A DNA stretch of 64,000 nucleotides from Candidatus Uhrbacteria bacterium (GTDB taxonomy: Bacteria; Patescibacteriota; Patescibacteriia; JACQRZ01): assembly GCA_016186045.1 (NCBI GenBank), contig JACPMJ010000020.1:5435-69434 (forward strand), given 5' to 3'. A program made the position numbers and the translations under genes. This document shows, in pieces, positions 38,413-48,060 of this stretch (within the stretch, counting starts at the first letter, position 1; each line of letters begins with the position of its first letter). The notes under the pieces were generated by a model. That model made no database searches. It saw only the letters and a list, made by a program, of their open reading frames with translations, and was not told where the DNA came from.

Positions 38413-39807
38413 TTATTGTGCGGGGATTGGTTCTGCATATGCATCAGCTATCCATCCAAACGTATCATCTTGCAATATAATTTCATACCAACGATCTTTT
38501 TTTGAGCGATACGCATATATGTCTCCCGGTTTTATTTTTATGATAACCCCGCCATTTTTTGACGGCTTATTTCGTACATTGAGAAATCCGGTAGGCGTTT
38601 TCAAAACTTTCAGTTGAACAGTAGGAGGAGTATATGACGGAGAGGTGCTCGGTGCAGTAGGCGTAATCTCTTGTACGGGCGCTGGTGGCGCGAATATAGA
38701 CGGTAGCTGTTCCGATATCGGTTCCGGTGGCGGCGCGGGTGAGGATGCAGGTGATGAAGATCCATACTGATTAAATCCGCCGATAAGATTGTAGATGGGC
38801 AAGATAACCGAAAGAGCGACGCCTACCACGCCAAGCCAGATGACGATAAGAAGAATGGGCTCAAGGAGCGCGGAAAGATTTTGACTGCTCGCGCTACTTT
38901 TTTCCTCATAAAGACTTCCAATAGTTATGAATGTTTCCGCAAGTTTTCCCGATTGTTCACTTGCCGCGATCATACCTTGTATGGGGATAGGAACGAGGCG
39001 CGCATGCGCACGAAAGGAGCGGATGGCTTCAATGAGTGATGAGCCATCCTCAACCGTATTCGCGAGGTGTCTATAAAACTTTCTGTATACTCCCACCGAT
39101 GATGATTCTGAAAGGGAGCACAACGCCTCAACGATGGGAAGACCCGCGTGAAGCAGGGAGCCGAGAAGTGATCCAAGCCGCGCAAGTTCTACCTCCTGAA
39201 GAATACGGCGCACCGCGGGTATGTGGAAGAGTATGGACTGGCCAATGAAATTTGTTTTTTTGAAAAAAAACAAAAAATAGATGCCACATCCGATAAGCGC
39301 AAAAAAAATCGGGACGGCAATGATGCCGTAGAGTCGTAGAAATTCTCCAACACCCAAAAGCAGGCGGGTAAAAATAGGGAGATCCATCTTTAATTGGGAA
39401 AATACTGTGGACAGGTGAGGAAGTATGAACCACGCGATGCCAATGGTAACAATCACGGATATACAGAGAACAAAGAGCGGGTACATCATCGCCGAATGAA
39501 TCTTGCTTTGGAATATCCTGCTTTTTTTTTGTTCGGATACGATCATGCCGAGATGTTCGGAGAGCCGCCCGCTTTCTTCGCCCAGCCGTATGAGGGAGAG
39601 TGCGTGCGATGAGAGAGAGTTTGTTTTTTTGAGTGTTTGCCACAGCGGCATGCCACTGTCAAGATCGTCTTTCAGTGTTGCTATGATGCGTTTTGTGCGT
39701 GAAGATACCGTGCCATCTGAAAGAATGGTAAGCGTAGAAAACACATCCATGCCGGATGCGACCAGCATAGCGAAGTTTTCCAAGAAATAATCACGATCAT
39801 GTGCCAT
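38413..39807 (-). CDS. pilC: PilC/GspF platform protein with C-terminal SH3b domain
   Basis: GEESGRL, AMMYP, EQSGKL, LLEPILL; C-terminus GFLNVRNKPS...WYEI...GWI. Confidence 0.9.
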   Translation of the reverse strand: MAHDRDYFLENFAMLVASGMDVFSTLTILSDGTVSSRTKRIIATLKDDLDSGMPLWQTLKKTNSLSSHALSLIRLGEESGRLSEHLGMIVSEQKKSRIFQSKIHSAMMYPLFVLCISVIVTIGIAWFILPHLSTVFSQLKMDLPIFTRLLLGVGEFLRLYGIIAVPIFFALIGCGIYFLFFFKKTNFIGQSILFHIPAVRRILQEVELARLGSLLGSLLHAGLPIVEALCSLSESSSVGVYRKFYRHLANTVEDGSSLIEAIRSFRAHARLVPIPIQGMIAASEQSGKLAETFITIGSLYEEKSSASSQNLSALLEPILLIVIWLGVVGVALSVILPIYNLIGGFNQYGSSSPASSPAPPPEPISEQLPSIFAPPAPVQEITPTAPSTSPSYTPPTVQLKVLKTPTGFLNVRNKPSKNGGVIIKIKPGDIYAYRSKKDRWYEIILQDDTFGWIADAYAEPIPAQ

Positions 39808-39813
39808 AGTTTC

Positions 39814-41541
39814 TTACATTTTTTGAGGAGGAACAGCGACGCGCAGAAGTTCTTCTATCGTGGTAATCCCTTGTTTTACCTTTTCAATGCCGTCTTCAAA
39901 CATGGGGAGCGATCCTTGTCTGTGCGCCAATGCTCTGATTTGTTGCATGGATGGATGTTTTAGTACGAGATCTTGCAATTCCGGGGTTGCGTGAATAAAT
40001 TCAAAAATGGCGGTCCTGCCTTTATATCCTGATCCATTACAAAGTTCACATTTCTTCCCCTTATACAGCGTGATGGTCGTTTCCTGAAAATATCCTTCTG
40101 CGTTGATCATTTTCTCAATCTCTTTTCTTGGCATTTTCGTACTCACACGGCAATGTTCGCAAATTTTTCGTATGAGTCGTTGGGAGATAATTAATTCAAG
40201 CGTTGAGGAGAGGAGAAACGGTTCAACACTCATATCCAAAAGCCGCGGAATAGCGGTTGCCGCGTCATTTGCGTGAAAGGTAGAAAAGAGGAGGTGGCCG
40301 GTAAGCGCGGCATTCACCGCTATCTCCGCCGTTTCTTCATCCCGTATCTCGCCTACGAGGATGATATTTGGATCTTGTCGGACGATAGAGCGCAGGCCTT
40401 TTGCATATGTGAGATTTGTCTGTGGATTTACCTGTATCTGATTGATGCCGGTTATTTTGTATTCCACGGGATCTTCAAGGGTGGTGATATTGATTTCCGG
40501 TCGATGGAGAAGCTTGATAAGGGAGTAGAGCGTGGTCGTCTTTCCCGATCCGGTAGGACCCGCCACGATAATCATGCCAAATGGTTTTTTTGAGGCGTTG
40601 ATGAGCAGGTCGTAGTGTTTTTGTGAGAGGCCGAGATGTGCAAGCGTCAGATCTTGCACATATTTTGCAAGCAGGCGGATGACCACCTTTTCTCCATCAA
40701 GAATTGGCGCGATGGACATGCGCATATCCACATGAGTTCCGTCTTTTTGAGTATATCGAATGGCTCCATCCTGCGCCGATGCGTGTTCATCCGTACGAAT
40801 ACGCGCCTGTACTTTGAGGCGATTGAGAATGTTTCCATAATATTCTTTTGAGACGCGTCCCGCCTCCTGAAGAACACCGTCAATGCGAAAACGGATAAGT
40901 GTCTCTTTTTCTTGCGGCTCAAAGTGAATATCTGACGCGCGAAACGAGAGCGCGTCCTCAAAAATCTGTTCGAGAATTTCTGGAACAATGCGTTTTTGCG
41001 CCTGAATAATTTCGTTGAATCGTGTCTGCAGGACGTGCCTATAGTAGAGAAATGCCGCATCTATATCCTCTGTCAGTGAGTAGGCGAGAATTATTTTTTT
41101 GCCGGGAAAAAGCTTTTTCAACTCTGTTTGAATATTTGCCAGCCACGGCGTATCTGTAGTGATCACGAGTTCTGTATCCTGTTTTTTAAAAATAACCGCC
41201 CGCAACGCCCGTGCTTTTTCTTCCGGAATTTCCAGTACGTGTTCTTTCTGCGCCGGATGCGAGTTCAGATCCGCGTAAGGTATATTTAGCGATTCCGCGA
41301 TCGCCTGACCGATAATATCTCGTGTCACGAATTCTTTTTGAACGAGCGCGCGTGCGAGGGGTATGGTATTTTTTTGTGAGAAGTTCTCCGCTGACGCCAT
41401 ATCATCTGCTGAGACGTAGTGGTTAGCCATGAGAATATCTTTCAGCCACGCATCCGTTCCATAGGCAATCTTTGCATCCGTTATGCCGGATACTTTTTCG
41501 TCTTTCACCGTGGATTCTTTTTTCTCCTGTTTTTTCTTCAT
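39814..41541 (-). CDS. pilB: Type IV pilus assembly ATPase PilB/GspE
   Basis: ASDIHFEP, GPTGSGKTTTLY, TLEDPVEY, RQDPNIILVGEIRD, zinc-binding CxxC pairs. Confidence 0.95.
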   Translation of the reverse strand: MKKKQEKKESTVKDEKVSGITDAKIAYGTDAWLKDILMANHYVSADDMASAENFSQKNTIPLARALVQKEFVTRDIIGQAIAESLNIPYADLNSHPAQKEHVLEIPEEKARALRAVIFKKQDTELVITTDTPWLANIQTELKKLFPGKKIILAYSLTEDIDAAFLYYRHVLQTRFNEIIQAQKRIVPEILEQIFEDALSFRASDIHFEPQEKETLIRFRIDGVLQEAGRVSKEYYGNILNRLKVQARIRTDEHASAQDGAIRYTQKDGTHVDMRMSIAPILDGEKVVIRLLAKYVQDLTLAHLGLSQKHYDLLINASKKPFGMIIVAGPTGSGKTTTLYSLIKLLHRPEINITTLEDPVEYKITGINQIQVNPQTNLTYAKGLRSIVRQDPNIILVGEIRDEETAEIAVNAALTGHLLFSTFHANDAATAIPRLLDMSVEPFLLSSTLELIISQRLIRKICEHCRVSTKMPRKEIEKMINAEGYFQETTITLYKGKKCELCNGSGYKGRTAIFEFIHATPELQDLVLKHPSMQQIRALAHRQGSLPMFEDGIEKVKQGITTIEELLRVAVPPQKM

Positions 41542-41553
41542 AGAAGGGAAATA

Positions 41554-41928
41554 TTATGCAAAGAACGCATTGATATGGTGTACCACATCGCTCAAAGATG
41601 TCTCTGATTTTACAAAAAACCGTTGCGCGCCGAGTTTTTTACATATCGCCGCGTCTTCTTCTTGGCAGAGATTTGTCAGTACAAAGACGGGAGTGGATTT
41701 CTTCAGCGAGCGCAATACCTCAAATCCATCCGTATTCGGCATAATGATATCAAGAAGAAGAAGATCAAAGGAGTGTTTCTCAAGGAGAGCGAGGGCTTCA
41801 TCTCCATCATATGCGTGAACAATCTCATATCCTTGATGAAAAAGCTTGAGTCCAAGCGTCTGGGCGATAGGTTTTTCATCCTCCACGATAAGAATCCTTT
41901 TCTGTTGATTTTTTTTCTTTATCGGCAT
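41554..41928 (-). CDS. Single-domain response regulator
   Basis: ILIVEDE, LLLDIIMP, VLTN, FVK. Start set at ATG 41928. Confidence 0.92.
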   Translation of the reverse strand: MPIKKKNQQKRILIVEDEKPIAQTLGLKLFHQGYEIVHAYDGDEALALLEKHSFDLLLLDIIMPNTDGFEVLRSLKKSTPVFVLTNLCQEEDAAICKKLGAQRFFVKSETSLSDVVHHINAFFA

Positions 41929-41932
41929 ACTG

Positions 41933-43288
41933 TTATGGATGTTGAATAAGGAGAGATCGGTTTCCACGTTTTTTACGCATTCCCGTACTGGGGAATGAAA
42001 AAAAAAATGTCGTTCCTGTTCCTTCTTCTGAGGTGAACCAAATGTCACCTCCGGATTCGTCTACAAGAAGCTTTACCAAGTACAGGCCGAGTCCATTTCC
42101 ATTCGGATAGGTCGTCCGTGTATTGTGGGCGCGAAAAAGTTTGGAAAATATTTTTGGCTGGTCTTTTTTTGGAATGCCAATACCTGAGTCCGTCACAGAG
42201 ATGATAATACGCTCTTCTTCTTTTTTCGCGCAGATCGAGATCGTGCCGCCCGGAGGCGTATACTCAATGGCATTTGCAATAATATTTTGTATGATCGCAT
42301 GAAAAATCCTCTGATCGCAGGCAAATGAACCGATCGTGTGAGCGATCTTTTTTTTGAGAATAAGTTTTTTCTGTATGATGCGCTCTGTGTATTCTGCACT
42401 CGCGGTAGATATCAGCGACCGGAGGGCATAGGGTTTGAGTGCAATGGCGAGAGTACCAAGGTGAACGCGTGAGACATTTAAAAAGAGATGCACGAGATCT
42501 GTCATGCGATATGCAGAGTCTTCGATTCCTACTATGTATTCTTTTTGTTTTTCAGTGAGCTTTCCCGCTTCGCCATCGAGAAGCATCTCAAGAAGCCAGT
42601 GTATATTGGTGAGGGGCGTGCGTAGTTGATGGGATGCGAGAGAGACAAACTCATCTTTTGCACGATTGATACGTCGTTCTTTTGTGGCATCACGAAAGAC
42701 GATAACAACGCCTTGAGCCGTGCCGTGCCGATCATGTATCGGCGCGATAGTAGTTCCGAGAGGAAGAATAGCGCCTTCTTTTGTCCGAAGCGTGATACAG
42801 GAAGAGCAGGTTGATGTATGCCGCGCAGAAAGAATCGTCTCTAAACGCTGATTTTTTTTTGATTGTTCATGCGTATGCGTAAAGGAAAATGAGCGTGTGA
42901 ATGCGGCATGATACATATCTTTTTTTGAAAATCCGGAGATGATTTCCGCCGCGGCATTCCAGAGGATAATCCGTCCCTGTGTGTCAACGACACAGACACC
43001 ATCGCCAATACTTTCTAGAAAAATCCGCTCTCGTTGGCGATACGTATTGGTAATAAGAAGGACACGTGCGACTCCCCAAGCGGTAAGGATAGTGGCACAC
43101 ATCGCAATACCGTAGAGAAAGAGTGTAAATTGAAATCCAACACTTGTGAAAGAATCAAAATATATCATTGTAAGAGCAACAGGAAAAAGGATTGCAAAGA
43201 GTATGACGAAAAAAAATAGTATATCATGAAGTGCTGGTATTTTTTTAAACGTAAAAAATGCTCGAATGTGTGGTTGAGAAAAAGTCAT
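41933..43288 (-). CDS. PAS-domain sensor histidine kinase
   Basis: Two TMs, PAS domain, SHQLRTPL, NAIEYT, DSGIGI, GNGLGL. Start could be 43330. Confidence 0.93.
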   Translation of the reverse strand: MTFSQPHIRAFFTFKKIPALHDILFFFVILFAILFPVALTMIYFDSFTSVGFQFTLFLYGIAMCATILTAWGVARVLLITNTYRQRERIFLESIGDGVCVVDTQGRIILWNAAAEIISGFSKKDMYHAAFTRSFSFTHTHEQSKKNQRLETILSARHTSTCSSCITLRTKEGAILPLGTTIAPIHDRHGTAQGVVIVFRDATKERRINRAKDEFVSLASHQLRTPLTNIHWLLEMLLDGEAGKLTEKQKEYIVGIEDSAYRMTDLVHLFLNVSRVHLGTLAIALKPYALRSLISTASAEYTERIIQKKLILKKKIAHTIGSFACDQRIFHAIIQNIIANAIEYTPPGGTISICAKKEEERIIISVTDSGIGIPKKDQPKIFSKLFRAHNTRTTYPNGNGLGLYLVKLLVDESGGDIWFTSEEGTGTTFFFSFPSTGMRKKRGNRSLLIQHP

Positions 43289-43431
43289 AGCATGGAAATA
43301 TACAAAAAAATTGTGGATCTTTGAGAGCACCTACTTATTAATACTTATAATTATAGTATAGCAAAAAAAATAACAGCGAGCTATTAAGATGCAGTGTTTT
43401 GCGGCGGGAAGCAGTTTCTGTAAACCATTTG

Positions 43432-44664
43432 CTATCGTACGCGAAACCAATGGCGCTTTCCGATTTTTATGATGGTTCCTTTTTTAAGCGGTGAAATTTT
43501 AAGTGGTGGATCGGAGGGGGTAACGTCGCCAATGGTAACGCCGCGTTGAGTGATAAGCCGCCGAATATCGCTATTGCTTTTTTCTTTTTGAGAAAAGCAC
43601 GCGCGCACGATGTCAAAGACGGTACCTGCGGTGGCGGGAATTGAGATGGAGGGAATATCCGCCGGTGTTTCTTTTTTACTGAATGTGTTTGTGAACCACT
43701 CGCGTTCTTGATCTGCGGATGTTTCTCCGTGATATCTTTTGACGACTTCCCATGCGAGCCGGAGTTTTGCCTTCATGGGGTCAGAGGGGATGCTGTCTTT
43801 TTCGATACGCGCGATGTCGGAAAGAGAGAGATCTGTGTAGACTTTGAAATACTCAATGATCAGTGAGTCAAGAAGTGTCATGATTTTGCCGAATTTTTCT
43901 CGTGGAGAAAATGTAAGGCCTACGTAATTTCCCAGACTTTTGCTTTGTTTTTCTTTACCATCTAGTCCGTGCGTGATTTTGGTCGTGATGACTACTTGCG
44001 CGGGCTGTCTGAATTTTTCTTGGAAGAACCGTCCCATCATCTCGTTGTAGAGCTGATCGGAGCCGATAATGGTCGCGTCCGCCTTGAGCATGACAGAGTC
44101 ATATCCTTGAAGGAGGGGGTAGACGAGTTCGTGTTCATATATCTCTTTTCCCTCTTGGATGCGTGCGCGAAACATATCCCTGCTCATCAAGCGATCGTGT
44201 GTGACCATGGACATCAGCGAGAGGAGCTGTTTGACCGGCATCTTGTCGTACCACTCGGAATTCTTTCGTATCTCAAGCGCCGCTGGTTCTTTATGAAGCA
44301 CGAGAAGCGCTTGTCGCATGAACTCCTTGGTATTTTTTCGTATGTCTTCAAGCGGGATAATCGGACGCAGTTTATTCCGTCCGCTCGGGTCTCCGATCTG
44401 CGTGGTAAAGTCTCCAATGAGAAAAATAACTTTATGTCCGAACTCCTGCAGTTTGCGATACATCCAGAGATTGACCGCATGTCCCATGTGCAGATCCGGA
44501 GCCGTCACATCCACGCCATATTTAAAGCGAAGCTGTCTGCCGGAGAGAAGAAGCTTTTTGAACTCTTCCAGAGAGATTATCTCTTCAGTCGTGCGGCTGA
44601 ATAATACAAGAAGCGCCTCGAGTGAAGCGGGATCGGAAATAATTTTTTTCTTTGCTGTGGACAT
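43432..44664 (-). CDS. tyrS: Tyrosine--tRNA ligase
   Basis: GVDVTAPDLHMGH, IGDPSGR, YPLLQGYD, GSDQ, KQSKS; C-terminal S4 domain. Confidence 0.97.
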   Translation of the reverse strand: MSTAKKKIISDPASLEALLVLFSRTTEEIISLEEFKKLLLSGRQLRFKYGVDVTAPDLHMGHAVNLWMYRKLQEFGHKVIFLIGDFTTQIGDPSGRNKLRPIIPLEDIRKNTKEFMRQALLVLHKEPAALEIRKNSEWYDKMPVKQLLSLMSMVTHDRLMSRDMFRARIQEGKEIYEHELVYPLLQGYDSVMLKADATIIGSDQLYNEMMGRFFQEKFRQPAQVVITTKITHGLDGKEKQSKSLGNYVGLTFSPREKFGKIMTLLDSLIIEYFKVYTDLSLSDIARIEKDSIPSDPMKAKLRLAWEVVKRYHGETSADQEREWFTNTFSKKETPADIPSISIPATAGTVFDIVRACFSQKEKSNSDIRRLITQRGVTIGDVTPSDPPLKISPLKKGTIIKIGKRHWFRVR

Positions 44665-44796
44665 ATTTCACCACTCTCAATTTAATAGGACAAATGCTCT
44701 ATAGATAGTATACGGAATTTTTTTGAAAAAGAGAAGCACTTTAAAATAAAAGCCGCCATTCATTTTTTGAAAAGCGGCTGGAAATCTGTTTTCTCC

Positions 44797-45774
44797 TCAT
44801 GAGGGAGTTTTTGACCCAAGATATGCGATGAGGCCATCCTCCTCCTCCAGAGAGAAGTCTATCTCAAGCGTCTTCCATGTTCCCATAATGGCGATGAACA
44901 GGCACGCGAGTATGATGCCAATTCCGATCAATGACCAGTTGAACGATGGAAGTCCGAGGAAAAGAATAAATAGCGCAAGCGCTCCGATACAAGCCGCTCC
45001 CCAATTTCTTACCATGCGCGCGCGTCGAAATTTTTCTATCTGCTCAAGGCAGGATGTTTGAATCTCCTCCAATGAAAGCAGTGTCTCTATCTGCGAGTCG
45101 GTCCAGTATGCGATGAGCCAATACGCACTGTCCCGCCAGCCAAAGAGCGCGAAGTATTGCGGATACGCGCTTGGATGAGATGCGCGAAGCTGGAAATCCT
45201 TGAATGCTTCAGTGCGTTTGTACTCTGTCCATTTTTTGCGAAGCTCATATGGCAGAGTATGCGGAAAGTCAGAGAGAGTATTTTCCGACATGGACGAGTT
45301 TGAGTACGAGCGTGGAAGGAAGAATTTCCACATTGTATGCTCTTGCCGAGAAAGCGCCGGGACCGTTGGTTTGCGATGCTTTTCTTCTTCCAGTTTTTTC
45401 AGCTTTTCTTTGTCATAGTCCATGGAGACATCATAGGGAGCCTCCTCGTCGTCCTTTTTTTGTCTTTCTTTCGTATTCTTTTTGAGATCTTTGATTTTTT
45501 TCTCGAGTCTGCTTCGCTCTTCGAATTCTTTGAGCCGCTGTTCGTTTTTCTCGCGATCCTCTTCGAGTTTTTTTAGCCGCTGTTCATCTACTTCGCGTTC
45601 TGATGGATCCGTGGATTTTTTGATTTTTTCTTTCAGCTTCTTTATTTCTGCAAAAAGTCCTTTGAGCTTTCCTTTGAGTTTCTTTACCTCCGTCTCTGCA
45701 TTCACTCCATAAAATTTCGACTCAGGAACTGGCAGGGGATCAACGAATCGTACGTTGAATTCGGACATATCCAT
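44797..45774 (-). CDS. Hypothetical coiled-coil protein with two C-terminal TMs
   Basis: 325-aa ORF; K/E-rich N-half; has its own promoter. Confidence 0.7.
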   Translation of the reverse strand: MDMSEFNVRFVDPLPVPESKFYGVNAETEVKKLKGKLKGLFAEIKKLKEKIKKSTDPSEREVDEQRLKKLEEDREKNEQRLKEFEERSRLEKKIKDLKKNTKERQKKDDEEAPYDVSMDYDKEKLKKLEEEKHRKPTVPALSRQEHTMWKFFLPRSYSNSSMSENTLSDFPHTLPYELRKKWTEYKRTEAFKDFQLRASHPSAYPQYFALFGWRDSAYWLIAYWTDSQIETLLSLEEIQTSCLEQIEKFRRARMVRNWGAACIGALALFILFLGLPSFNWSLIGIGIILACLFIAIMGTWKTLEIDFSLEEEDGLIAYLGSKTPS

Positions 45775-45846
45775 GGAATATCCTCCTTGTATTCTTCATG
45801 CGATTGCACCGTATTGTATTGTAATGAGCAAAAAAATGATATATCC

Positions 45847-45875
45847 ACCATAGCACAAAATCCTTATTTTGTCAA
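45847..45875 (-). promoter_or_regulatory. sigma70-type promoter
   Basis: Minus strand TTGACA-17nt-TATGGT with extended -10 TG. Confidence 0.55.
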
Positions 45876-45910
45876 GGGTTTTTGGGTATTTTTGCCTTAT
45901 TTTTAAGCTT

Positions 45911-46894
45911 TTAGTCCTCAAACGTCAGGCAGTATTCCTTTGGTTTCATGTCTTCTTTTACCACATCGGCCCATGAAGGGTCGATATCGGAAACACGTCG
46001 GATTTTTTCTTTATGTCTACACAGTGGATCAATAGCGCGTGATTTGCAGAAGACTTTTGTATCGCCGTCCTTGCATTTCAAAGAATACGGCGTTTCATGG
46101 TTGAGCCGTTTGAAAAGTTTTTGAAGATGCAGGTCGGTTTCATGATGGAGAGCGATTTTTTTTAATACCTCCGTATCCGTTGTGAACAGATCTTTGTATA
46201 TGATATATTTTTTTGCAAGCGCGTATTTTATATAATCTCCGACCGTACGAAACATGAGAAGCGTGGGAACGCCGCTCCAGTAGGTATCATTGAGAAGTTT
46301 GAATTTTTCAGAAAAAAGTCGAGCAGATGTGTATGTGCGGAATATCCAGATGTTTTTTTCAACGGTAAGGTCGGCAAGTATGCGGTCATTTTCATTTTTT
46401 TCCGTTATACCAAAGACGCGTGCGCCGCGCAGGGAGTAATCTATGCGGTCTGCGCAGATGTCCGGTAGAGAGTTTTCTTGCAGTGGAAAGTTTTTCTCGT
46501 CAAGAATATATGCGGAATCAATGCCATGTCGTGTGAGAATTTCAGGAATATTCGTGGTAAGAACATACGATTCAAAAATGTCATCTTGGTAGCTTAAGTT
46601 TTTTTCCGAACCTTCTTCAAGCGCGTAATCAATGCAATGGGAAAAGGTTGCGTGTGATGCGTCATGGATGAGCCCCGCGATTTGTTCTTTGAGTGGCGCG
46701 CCATATGTTTTCAAAAGAAGGCATACGCCCACTGAATGTTCAAAGCGGGAGTGCCGCGTACCTGGAAAATACGGCTCAAAATATCCCGCCTGATCTACGT
46801 CTTTGAGGCGCTGGATCGCAGGGCATGCGATAAGCTCGAGGAGAACCGGATCGGTAATGGTTTGTTCGCCGTATATGCGGTCATTGATATGCAT
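45911..46894 (-). CDS. HD-domain phosphohydrolase (dNTPase/YdhJ-like)
   Basis: IQRLKDVDQAG, HSRFEHSVG, LIHDASH, ADRIDY. Confidence 0.9.
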   Translation of the reverse strand: MHINDRIYGEQTITDPVLLELIACPAIQRLKDVDQAGYFEPYFPGTRHSRFEHSVGVCLLLKTYGAPLKEQIAGLIHDASHATFSHCIDYALEEGSEKNLSYQDDIFESYVLTTNIPEILTRHGIDSAYILDEKNFPLQENSLPDICADRIDYSLRGARVFGITEKNENDRILADLTVEKNIWIFRTYTSARLFSEKFKLLNDTYWSGVPTLLMFRTVGDYIKYALAKKYIIYKDLFTTDTEVLKKIALHHETDLHLQKLFKRLNHETPYSLKCKDGDTKVFCKSRAIDPLCRHKEKIRRVSDIDPSWADVVKEDMKPKEYCLTFED

Positions 46895-46905
46895 AGTGCG
46901 TGTAT

Positions 46906-47481
46906 TTACATTTCATAGACATATAAGCGTCGTCCCAGTGCATGTTCCGACCGACGGAGATCTATGGTTTCAACAGGATCTTTATGCTTGAATTGAAAAT
47001 CGCAGGACACAATCCGCGTTCCTTTTTTGCATTCTTTTTGGAATTTTGGCAAAAGATCATCCATGACTTTTGGGAAGAGATACACGAAGATATGCGTGGC
47101 GTCAGAGATGTCTTCCTTGAAAAAATTTCCCTTACGGATAGTGATGGTGTGAGGTTTTTGTATGTTTTGCAAACGAATCCATGCGAGAAAACGGGGAAGA
47201 AACGCAACATCTATGCCTTGGTAAAATGCCGCAGGATACTGCGCATGGCAGGCGGCTAATATCCGTGCATCGCCACAGCCAAGATCATAGACCATGCTTC
47301 CCTGGTTGATATGCAGGGCGTTCACAATATGTGGGATAATTTTTTTTGGCACTGGGACAAATGGCGCGTTCTGCACCACTACCGTGCGCCAGAAATTGTC
47401 AATAGTGCATACTGCCATGAGAACAGAGATACCGAGAAGGATGATAAGAAATATTGTGGCTATAATAAGAGACATAGGCAT
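46906..47481 (-). CDS. Membrane-anchored class I SAM-dependent methyltransferase
   Basis: APFVP, VYDLGCGDAR, ATHIFVYLFP, GTRIVS. Confidence 0.88.
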   Translation of the reverse strand: MPMSLIIATIFLIILLGISVLMAVCTIDNFWRTVVVQNAPFVPVPKKIIPHIVNALHINQGSMVYDLGCGDARILAACHAQYPAAFYQGIDVAFLPRFLAWIRLQNIQKPHTITIRKGNFFKEDISDATHIFVYLFPKVMDDLLPKFQKECKKGTRIVSCDFQFKHKDPVETIDLRRSEHALGRRLYVYEM

Positions 47482-47497
47482 AAGTAATGGACTTCAA

Positions 47498-47520
47498 TCG
47501 GGCTGCGCGGAATCGAATCC
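47498..47520 (-). pseudogene. 3' fragment of a tRNA-Pro-like gene (T loop and acceptor 3' strand)
   Basis: Minus strand GGA-TTCGATT-CCGCG-CAGCCCG-A. Confidence 0.7.
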
Positions 47521-47530
47521 TGTTATCTAC

Positions 47531-47586
47531 CCGGCTTCTAAAAAACTCACTTCTGTCATCCTGAATGAAACATTTATGAAGCCAGG
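47531..47586. repeat. Truncated copy of the MITE-like family inside a hairpin
   Basis: Minus strand ttcaggatgacagaagtgagttttt is identical to the element end at 51743-51767; closed by a cctggcttc/gaagccggg stem. Confidence 0.7.
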
Positions 47587-47615
47587 CGAAGTCTCGTCGC
47601 TTCCCCGTCTCATTC

Positions 47616-47686
47616 TCGGGGTGGAGAGAATCGAACTCTCACTACAAGACCCCCAGCCTCGCGTACTACCACTATACTACACCCCG
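47616..47686 (-). tRNA. tRNA-Pro(GGG)
   Basis: CGGGGTG-TA-GTAT AGTGGTA GTAC-G-CGAGG CT GGG GG TCTTG-TAGT-GAGAG TTCGATT CTCTC-CACCCCG-A; complete cloverleaf, CCA not encoded. Confidence 0.95.
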
Positions 47687-47699
47687 AGAATGAGACCGA

Positions 47700-47734
47700 C
47701 CAATGCTTGCGTACTACCGGTATACATCAGCGCG
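47700..47734 (-). pseudogene. 5' fragment of a tRNA-Pro-like gene (positions 1-36, ending TGG)
   Basis: CGCGCTG-AT-GTAT ACCGGTA GTAC-G-CAAGC-AT-TGG; its acceptor strand pairs 6/7 with the fragment at 47498. Confidence 0.7.
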
Positions 47735-47841
47735 GAACCCTTTCTATTATGGAGTATTGGAACGGTTGTTGCAAGGAGGCGGGATAATTTGACGCATCTT
47801 TTTTTTACCAGTATTATATGAATATAAGAGAAAATAGGCAT

Positions 47842-48060
47842 ATGCGTAAAATAAACCTAAAATCCGTCGTCTGGAAGGAAGGTACATATTATATCTCGCA
47901 ATGTTTAGACGTGGATGTTTCCAGTTTTGGTCAGACAAAGAAGGAGGCTCTCGCTATGTTACGGGAGGCTTTGGAATTGTATTTTAAGGATGTTCCAATC
48001 TTTAAAAAAGCCGAGGTGAAAAATCCGGTTATCGCCTCAGTGAAGCTTCACTATGCCTAA
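47842..48060 (+). CDS. HicB-family antitoxin (short form)
   Basis: VVWKEG.YY.SQCLDVDVSSFGQTKKEAL.MLREALELYF. Confidence 0.85.
   Translation: MRKINLKSVVWKEGTYYISQCLDVDVSSFGQTKKEALAMLREALELYFKDVPIFKKAEVKNPVIASVKLHYA

Noticed and set aside
47498-47520. attR site of an integrated phage or island
   Set aside because: The fragment differs from the 3' end of the intact tRNA (CCGCGCAGCCCGA versus CTCTCCACCCCGA), and there is no integrase.
47521-47699. Self-splicing group I/II intron in the outer tRNA
   Set aside because: Too short once the inner tRNA is subtracted, no recognisable catalytic core, and excision would not restore the anticodon and T stems.
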